Positions 54,680-64,000 of a stretch of 64,000 bases of DNA are shown here, in pieces. Position 1 is the stretch's first letter. Each line of letters begins with the position of its first letter. Position numbers and translations under genes: made by a program. This DNA comes from Octopus vulgaris. Taxonomy: Eukaryota. The notes beneath the pieces are model-generated. The model made no database searches and was not told the origin of the DNA. It saw nothing but the letters and a program-made list of their open reading frames with translations. The stretch is from assembly GCA_951406725.2 (NCBI GenBank), contig OX597824.1, positions 70,060,001 to 70,124,000 on the forward strand, in the 5' to 3' direction.

Positions 54680-55599
54680 CAGGGAGAGAGAGAAAGAGAT
54701 CAACGCATACACACTTAAGCACACACTAATATACATAAGATACACTCATACACACATAGATAAATATAATATATGCAAGTAAGCGTGTGCACACGTGTAT
54801 ATATACACGTAACAATACATAATAGCTAAATACACACAATTATTCACGGGTATATATGCATATGTATATATACGTCTATATATTTGCGCGCTTATGTTTG
54901 TGTTTGTGAGTGTGTGTATGTACGAGCTCGTGTATGTGTGTGTGTGTACGTTTCTGTGTAAATGTATGCATATGCGTGTGTGTGTGTGTGTAGATTTGTG
55001 TGTAAATGTATGCATATGTGTGTGTGTGTGTGTGTAGATTTGTGTGTAAATGTATGCATATGTGTGTGTGTATGTTTATGTGTAAATGTATGCATATATA
55101 TGTGTGTATATACGTGCGCGTGACAAAAGACAGTGAGATTGCATGCCTGAATGTATATATGTTCCCTGTGTAAAAGCTGTGTGTGTATGTATGTATGTAT
55201 GTATGTATGTATGTGATTTTGGATGTGTGCGCAAGCGTATGAATGACTATATACGCTACCAAGCCATCTTCACGGCAATTAAAGATTCGCGTAACCATCC
55301 GGATACTTGAATGATACTATGGTAAAGATTCATTATTTATTACTCGAACATAAATACATACACACATACACACCCCATTCACACACGCCCAAACACCAAA
55401 CACATGTATTCACGAGCAACACACACACACACACACATACACACACACCTTGTTATCATTGTATGCAACAGCATATTGTCTTGATTGTCTTGAATATAAA
55501 CACACACCGTTATACATACATACACACATACAAAACATACACTTATGTGATTGTGTGTGTCTGTGTGTGTAAGTGCTTATATATACATGTGTGTGTGTG

Positions 55600-55760
55600 T
55601 GCAGGCGTGGCTCTGTGGTAAGGAGTTCCCTTCCCAATCACATTGCTTTCGGTTCAGTCCTACTGTGTGGCACCTTTTGCAAATGTTTTCTACTGTAGCC
55701 TAGAGCCGACCAAAGCCTAGATAGTGGATTAGGTAAACAGAAACCGAAAGAAGACTGTCT

Positions 55761-55825
<65 letters not shown>

Positions 55826-56030
55826 CTTTGCGTCTGTGTTTTGTCCCCCACAACCGCCTGGCAACCGGTGTAGGTCCCGTAAAATAGCAGTTTGGCAAAA
55901 GCGACCAATAGAATAAGAACCAGGCTTAAAATAAATATAAGTACTGGGATCGATTTATTCGATTAAAATTCTTCAAGGCGGTGCCCCAACATGGCCACAG
56001 ACCAATAACTGAAACAAGTAAAAGAAAAAA
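55600..56030 (+). mobile_element. SINE family A, diverged full length
   Basis: GCAGGCGTGGCTCTGTGGTAAG head ... AAGGCGGTGCCCCAACATGGCCACAG tail. Confidence 0.85.
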
Positions 56031-56341
56031 AATGCAAAGGATATGTTTGTATCTATATGTATGTATTTCCATGTGTGAGTGCGCATATGTTTTGTGTCTA
56101 TGAATCTGTATATAAAATGTCTATGAATAGCGACACCTGTACCTTATGAAACTTCGAAGTCACTATCAATATGATTATTGTATTCATCTGAATCTGCTCT
56201 TGTATGGAGGCCCTTATTCAGTTAATCTTCATTGCTTTTATACTTATAAATATCTTGTAAATTTCTGCAAATAAAATACACCATGGGTAACGTCTTGGAG
56301 CAGTGTCTGTAAAAGAAATCGATGAAGATTAGAGTAATATA

Positions 56342-56912
56342 TTGTTGTTGTTGGTATCCTTTTTGTCTCGGGAGACAAGATTAGATTATTCTATGCTATG
56401 CGCATAGAATAATATAGTCCGGCTCTTATATTTCATGTCCTAATACATCTCCTGCTGTGGCTGTGTAGTACTATCCTGGACAAGGACCCCCTCTGCCAGG
56501 TGCTGCAAATGTAGCGAAGACTTTGCCTGACTGGTTGTAATGTCATAGTTTCTTGTTGACGCCTTTTCTTGTCTTTCCATTTCTCTGTCACTCCTTTGTG
56601 TTCCCTCATTTACAGTACATCGCCAATCTCCACGGTTGCTGGCAACTGCTTCCCAGTTGCTAATATTGATGTCGCAGGCCTTCATGTCCCTTTTGCAAAC
56701 ATACCTGCATCGTAAGAACGGTCTTCCCACAGACCTAGTGCCCCCAGCAAGTTCTCCGTAGAGTATGTCCTTGGGGATTCTGCCATCTTCCATACGGCTA
56801 ACATGTCCAAGCCATCTCATACGTCTTTGTGTGATGAGTAAAAACATGCTTAGTATTCCTGCTTGCTTGAGGACATCTTTTTGTGGACATGATTCTGCCA
56901 TTTGATGCCAAG
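56342..56912 (-). mobile_element. RTE-clade LINE 3' fragment (second family, degenerate)
   Basis: QRRMRWLGHVSRMEDGRIPKDILYGEL...GRP...KRDMK. Frameshifted remnant of C-terminal C2H2-like motif (ICSTWQRGSLSRIVLHSHSRRC). (CAA)n tail. Confidence 0.85.
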
Positions 56913-57004
56913 GAGTAATATATAGATTGATAGATTAATATGAATATAGTCTTTTCTTTTTGGTTTGTGCTAAGTGGAGCAGTGTTCAAAGCTGTTATAA
57001 AACC

Positions 57005-57280
57005 TAATAGACTGGTGAGATTGACGCCATTAATGTTCCTCTTGGATCTTTACAAGCCAACACTTGAGGGGAAAACATGAGCGGGAACGAATGAGCATAG
57101 TGATTAATGTGTAGCCTAGATGCAGCCGGATGGGACAAGAAGAGATGTGTAGGAGGAGAGCATGGGAATGGAGGTGGCAGTAAGCTCCAATGAGTAGAGG
57201 CCTTTGTAGCAACGGTAAGAAATGGAGAAGTGAGATAGTGCGCCTGTTGGAAAGTGGATGGAGTGTGTCTATGAATCATT
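57005..57280 (-). mobile_element. Degenerate L2/Jockey-group LINE ORF2 C-terminal fragment
   Basis: SLLPPP...PTHLFLSHP...INHYAHSFP resembles the post-RT C-terminus of L2/Jockey-group ORF2; heavily frameshifted. Confidence 0.45.
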
Positions 57281-57692
57281 TTATACCACCTAATTGGTTG
57301 ACACTATCCTTGATGCAGTCTAAGACGTCTTTGGGTGTTCAGCAACACCACGATGCCTAACATGAGAGCAACACTCCATTGGTATCACGTAAGGCTAGAG
57401 ATGGGAGCTAATCGGACACAGAATGTGTGTCGTTAGCCAGCTGGAAGAGAAGTCTTCTTGGGACTATAAACGTCAGTAGTACTGTCCTGTATAGGACGCC
57501 ACACTTGGTTGGCAATTATATGTTATGATTCCATATTGCCACTGTTTACATCTCGTTCAGAAATTTAATATAGTATGTATATATATATATATATATATAT
57601 AAGCATTTATGAATGAATATGCATAAGGAAATATATATATACATGTAAAATGCACATATATATGTTTATATATACATACATACAAATATATG

Positions 57693-57737
<45 letters not shown>

Positions 57738-58336
57738 GTGTGTGTGTATGTATGTATGTATGTATGTATGTATGTATGTATGTATGTATGTATAATGTAC
57801 ATGCACCTAGTATGGCGGTTTATTCTCTTTTATCAATTGTCGATTGCAGAGCACAACAATTGACAACTTCGTCAACCCCCGAGAGTTGTATCACTCTTTT
57901 GAGACACGGCAGAATCGGTTGAGCATTGAACAAAAATATATTGCGGTATGATATTACAGCTCTTTACGTTCCGTGTTCAAATCCTTCCACTCGGTTCTAT
58001 TGACTCCCCCCCACCAACCAAGCTCGATGAAAAAAAAAACAAAAAAAACACACACAAACTTACATGACAGAATACTAGGATCGACGTAAACGATTATTAA
58101 TCCTTGATACTGAGAGTGCTCCAGCATGGCAGCAATCTAACGACTACCTGGAACTCGTGACAAAATAATACAATAAAGAATGCCTACTCGCAATTGCTAC
58201 TTTCACTTTGGATTTTTATTTCATCATATTTCATTCTTTTCTTTTCCTTTGGTTATTTTTCGCTCATGCCAGTTTTTATTAATTTTATTTTATAAATTTT
58301 ATATATTGTCATTGCAGTTGTTTTTGTTGTCTTTTA

Positions 58337-58367
<31 letters not shown>

Positions 58368-58643
58368 TTTATTATAATTATAATTATTATTATTATTATT
58401 ATTATTATTATTTTGGCCTTCCTTGTCAATGTGATGACACCATGCTCTCATCGCTCTCTTCCTTGTACACCACAATTGTTCTCAGGTTAAACTTTTCTTT
58501 ATGTCCTTGTTACTATTTCGTTTTTTTGTTATTGTTGTATGAAGATTTTTTTTCGGAATATTTTCAATTTTAAAAAAAAAGTCATTCATTTATTTATTAT
58601 AATCATTGTTTTATCACTATTGTTATTATTAACATTATCATTG

Positions 58644-58726
<83 letters not shown>

Positions 58727-59139
58727 CATTATTATTATTATATTTTTCATTTTTTTTCTGTTTCTACTTGATTATTTCTACTTTCACTTTTGAATAATCA
58801 ACTAATTTGTTTGTTCCTTTGTATTTTTGCGTTTATTTTTTTTATCTTGCTTTATTTTATTTTGCTTTGTTTTGAATTTCATTAAAATATTATTAAGAAA
58901 ACGTGAGAGTGGAAGAGAAAGGGAGATGAAGTGGGGGATAGGGAGAAGTAGAGAGACGGAAGCAAACTAATAAGCATAAAAGTCAATACAACAGTAACAA
59001 CAACGAGAACAACAGAATCGGCTGCCGCAACAATAGTAACAATACCAACAGCAACGTTTGCAACAACAGCAGGAACAAAAACAACAACAACCACAATAAC
59101 AGTTTGTAGTGGCGATTCTTTAATAATTATTATAATAAC

Positions 59140-59222
<83 letters not shown>

Positions 59223-59286
59223 AATAATAATAATAACAACAACAAAAAACAACATCTACAACAACAACAATACTGATAATAATAAC

Positions 59287-59332
<46 letters not shown>

Positions 59333-59461
59333 CCAAAAACAATAATTAGGATAATAACAATGATAATAATAATTAATAATAACGACAATGGCAATATTAA
59401 TAATAATGAACATAATAATAATAATAATAGTAAAAATAATAATGATAATAATACTAATGGC

Positions 59462-59537
<76 letters not shown>

Positions 59538-59745
59538 CTTTGACAATTACTTAATTGCCCCAAGTTTAAAAAAAAAAGAAGAAGAAAGCTACAAACGCAC
59601 AAACCCCATGCAAAACACACAAAAAGCAAATGCAAACTAAAGTAGAGTGCAAAAATAACAATATTCACAACAGTAACAACAACGATAATAATGAATTATT
59701 TTATATAATTTTTTAAAATATTTTTTTACATTTTACTTTTAATTG

Positions 59746-59834
<89 letters not shown>

Positions 59835-59988
59835 CATTATCTTCATTATTATTATTAATATTATTCATGATAACAATTTTGTCTTACAGTGGAATAAATA
59901 ACTTATTTCATTTTTTGATTAACACAAAAAAGTATATAAAATAACATTTATCACTGTTATATTATTATTATTATTGTTGTTGTTGTTG

Positions 59989-60053
<65 letters not shown>

Positions 60054-60109
60054 TTCATTATTGCCTTTGTGTTGTCCCCTCATCCATCGCCCGGTGGCAA
60101 ATTATACCA

Positions 60110-60187
<78 letters not shown>

Positions 60188-60200
60188 ATTATTACTATTA

Positions 60201-60255
<55 letters not shown>

Positions 60256-62125
60256 CATTATTATTATTATTATGATCATCATCATTTTCTTCGTCATTAT
60301 TATGAAATAAGTAAACAAATCAATCGAATTGGTTCATCGTTTAATTCCATACTATTTAATTCATGCTTGTTTATTATTTTTTTTTCATTCATTATCATTT
60401 CAGGTATTCTTACAATAACGTCTGCGTTCCATTTAATTGTTGCATGTAGACAGCTCATTTTCATTATTACTTGTCTCATCAGACGTCACCGTCGTTTCCA
60501 TCGCCAATTCTGTCACGTCTACCACTACCTCTTCCACCAATAATTATCTACAGCAGCAGTAGCTGTATAAGGAGCAACATTATCAGTATCATTATTATTA
60601 TCACCATTATTATTATTAGCAGTAGCAGCTTTATAGTTATCATCATGGTCATCGTCGTTTTTATCATCATTCTCACCGACATCGTCATCGTCGTCGTCGT
60701 CTTTGTCAAATGTGTTATAGTTGTCATTGTCATAATCATCTTTATCATCCTCTTACCATCACCGTGATCATTATGGACGTCATCATTATCATCGTCATCG
60801 TTTCTATCAGTAGTAGCAGCTGTAGTCGCAGTATCCATATCCTCATTATCATCATCGTCATCGTCGTCGTATTTATCGTCGCCATCACACTATCATCACC
60901 TTTATAACCATCACGGCCATCATTAGCAATATCATCAATGTCTTTCTCGTTGTCATCGTCATCGTCATCATCTTTTTCTTCATCAGCATCATTGCCATCA
61001 TCATGACAATCTAGGTGTCCACCATCACCATCATAATTAACATCATCGTTGTTGTCGTCGTCGTCACCATCATCATCATCATCATCATCGTCGTCATCAT
61101 CATTATCAATAATAATTACAATGTAGTCGTCGTCATCATTATTATCTTCATCATCATCATTCATCATCATCATTCATCATCATCATGACAATCCGGGCGT
61201 CCACCATCACCACCACCACCACCATTATCAGCATCATCATCATAATCATCATCATCGTCAGCGTCATCATCATTATCATCATCATCATCATCATCATCAT
61301 CATTAATAATAACAATGTAGTCTTCTCCGTTATCAACGTTGCCATCGTTATCTTCTTCATCATCACCATCATCACTATCATCAGCATCATCACCATTGTC
61401 ATTATCAACAACTAACAACTTATACTGGCCTGAAAACAGAGTGATCAATGAAATACGCAATGAAAACAAATGACAAAACCGAGACACCGAGTACAATAAC
61501 CAAAACTGAAGACTAGAGCAGAATAAGAACACTTATAGACACCGGATATAGTAAAGAATCGGTTAATGAAAACTGCATTTAATAGAGACTTGACTAATGA
61601 AAAACGACAACACGACATTAATTTGAAATAATATTATCAGCAACATAATATTATGACAATCAAGAGAAGCCGACTATGATAACGAATTTGGCCAATAGGT
61701 ACAGAACAACCTATGAAATGGTATATAGAAAGCTACATTGATTACAATAATGAGATAATCAGAAAGATGTCAACTAAAAGGATTATTTAGATACCAGGCA
61801 GTGAAAACGATTGTCACAGACAAACATAAGAAAGGAAAGTGCTCGAAAATACGGGAAAACAGCTTAGCTCGAAATACGGGGGAAAAAAGCCACCTAAAAG
61901 ATCGAGAAGGCGTGGAACTGTATGACTGTAGAGGACATTTTCTCACGGTTAGTAACACTGATGGAGCAGTTTTCTGCTTTCTGTCTTCATAACCTATGAA
62001 ATAGTGTAAAGAAAGCTACTATGATTACGAAAATGAGAGATAATCAGAAAGATGTCATCTGCTTTCTTTCTTTATAACCTATGTATCTTCGTAAAAGCAG
62101 TGATGACGATGATAATGCTTCTTCT

Positions 62126-62160
<35 letters not shown>

Positions 62161-62184
62161 TGCTGTTGTTGTTGTTGTTGTTGT

Positions 62185-62381
62185 TGTTAAGCAACAAGAC
62201 GGGTAAGGGTGATTAGGTGATGGTCTAGGGCTTAGGGGGCGGGAGACACCAGACCTTTGAAAAAAAACTTTGGTCATCTTGTTGTAGTCGAGGGTTCTTT
62301 GTTGACGCCCGACACCATTGGGAGGTGGCCCTCGAAGTCGCTGGAAATGGAGATCTCAAGGTCCAAATTCTTGAACGGCTG
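62185..62381 (-). repeat. Unclassified ~200-bp interspersed repeat, copy 2 (inverted)
   Basis: Shared GCCGTTCAAGAATTTGG..GAGATCTCCATTTCCAGCGACTTCGAG..CCCTAGACCATCACCTAATC..TTGTTGCTTAACAACAAC. Confidence 0.85.
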
Positions 62382-62385
62382 CTCC

Positions 62386-62435
<50 letters not shown>

Positions 62436-62618
62436 AGGAGGAGGAGGAGGAGGAGGATGTTATTGATGATGAAGAGGAGAAGATGATGATGACAACGACG
62501 ACGACGATCATGATGATGATGATGATGATGATGACAGCGACGATGACGACGATCATGATGATAATGACCGTGATGAGAGGTTTTTTACGTTGATTCCTTT
62601 TTCATTTATATTTTTCGA

Positions 62619-62845
62619 AAAGGCGACGAGCTGGCAAAATCGATAACGCACCGGGCAAAATACTTATCGGTATTTCGTCTGTCTTTACGTTCTCGGTTCA
62701 AATTCCACCGAGGTCGACTTTACCTTTAATTTTTTTCAGGATCGATAAATTAAGTACCAGTGAAACACTGGTGTCGATGTAATCAACTAGTCCCCCACCA
62801 CACAAAAAATTTCAGGCCTTGTTCCTTTTGCAGAAAGGATTTATC
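62619..62845 (+). mobile_element. SINE family B
   Basis: AAGGCGACGAGCTGGCAAAATCG ... AAATTCCACCGAGGTCGACTTT ... TTTCAGGCCTTG. Confidence 0.85.
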
Positions 62846-63169
62846 CCTTTCAAAAATATATATATATGTATGTGTGTATGTCTTTTAATTATGAGCCGAA
62901 CAAATAGAACTACCTACGTACACATTTGCTCCCTTTCCATAAACCCCTGCTTACCCCGTGATCCAATGAGTAATAAGGTGCACTTTTACAATTTTTCCTA
63001 TCGTTTTATTGTTTTTATAAGTGCAGATATATTATGTATGTATGTATGTATGTATGTATGTATGTATGTATGTATGTATGTATGTATGTATGTATGTATG
63101 TATGTATGTATGTATGTATGTATGTATGTATGTGTGTGTGTGCGTGCGTGTGTATGCATGTGTGTGTGT

Positions 63170-63370
63170 CTTTGTGTCTGTGTTTGTCCCCCACCATCGC
63201 TTGACAACCGGTGTTTATGCCTCCGTAACGTAACGGCTCGGCAAAAGTTTCCGATAGTATAAGTACAACGCTTAAAGAGAAATACGTACTGGGTCGATTC
63301 ATTCGACTAAAACCCTTCAAAGTGGTGCCCCATCATGGTCGCAGTCGAATGACTGAAGCAAGTAAAAAAA
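63170..63370 (+). mobile_element. SINE family A 3' half
   Basis: TGTGTTTGTCCCCCACCATCGCTTGACAACCGG ... GCAGTCGAATGACTGAAGCAAG. Confidence 0.8.
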
Positions 63371-63480
63371 AACTTACAAGAAGATAACGCATATCGATCC
63401 ATCGATCTTCTCTGCCCAATATTCCTGGGATGATCGTGAAGATAGAATTCTCAAGCACCTTCTCCATGGGATCCAATCAG

Positions 63481-64000
63481 AAGCAACCATCATTACACTG
63501 TCAAGCAACCGTCATTACACTGTCCTGTCATTTCTCTGTCAAGCAACCGTCATTACACTGTCCTGTCATTACATTGTCAAGCAACCGTCATTACACTGTC
63601 CTGTCATTACACTGTCAAGCAACCGTCATTACACTGTCCTGTCATTTCACTATCAAGCAACCGTCATTACACTGTCAAGCAACCGTCACTACACTGTCCT
63701 GTCATTACACTGTCAAGCAACCGTCATTACACTGTCCTGTCATTTCACTGTCAAGCAACCGTCATTACACTGTCCTGTCATTTCACTGTCAAGCAACCGT
63801 CATTACACTGTCCTGTCATTACACTGTCCTGTCATTACACTGTCAAGCAACCGTCATTATACTGTCCTGTCATTACACTGTCAAGCAACCGTCATTACAC
63901 TGTCCTGTCATTTCACTGTCAAGCAACCGTCATTACACTGTCCTGTCATTACATTGTCAAGCAACCGTCATTACACTGTCCTGTCATTACACTGTCAAGC
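63481..64000. repeat. Composite minisatellite of 22-bp and 16-bp units (runs off the window)
   Basis: GTCATTACACTGTCAAGCAACC interspersed with GTCATTACACTGTCCT; recurring variant GTCATTTCACTGTC. Confidence 0.92.

Noticed and set aside
63481-64000. CRISPR-like regular repeat
   Set aside because: No unique spacers, no cas genes, eukaryotic context; it is a minisatellite.

Overview
Eukaryotic, AT-rich, extremely microsatellite-dense non-coding DNA, either a large intron or intergenic space. I find no host protein-coding exon. Nearly all ORFs in the supplied track are translations of (TA)n, (CA)n, (TACA)n, (AAT)n, (GAT)n, (GGT)n and (GATA)n repeats. The SINE repertoire and repeat load suggest an octopus (coleoid cephalopod) genome; this is inference from recognition, not a database result. 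Supportable content: about 30 copies of three tRNA-derived SINE families; 3' fragments of LINEs from several clades (RTE, including a young copy with a 14-bp target-site duplication, CR1-like, R4/Dong-like stacked in (AAT)n, Tx1-like, L2-like); an internally deleted mariner with TIRs; hAT-like MITEs; and a composite minisatellite. The most notable hidden signal is a set of type I hammerhead ribozyme (HHR) motifs read directly from the sequence. Two have intact cores (46811-46857, and 12138-12238 with an unusually long stem II), two carry a single lesion (28931-28978, 41252-41289), and four are decayed or atypical. Several sit in short unique islands inside (TA)n tracts. Two lie next to long fold-back palindromes (28197-28897, 46280-46479), suggesting Penelope-like or retrozyme-like self-cleaving RNA elements.
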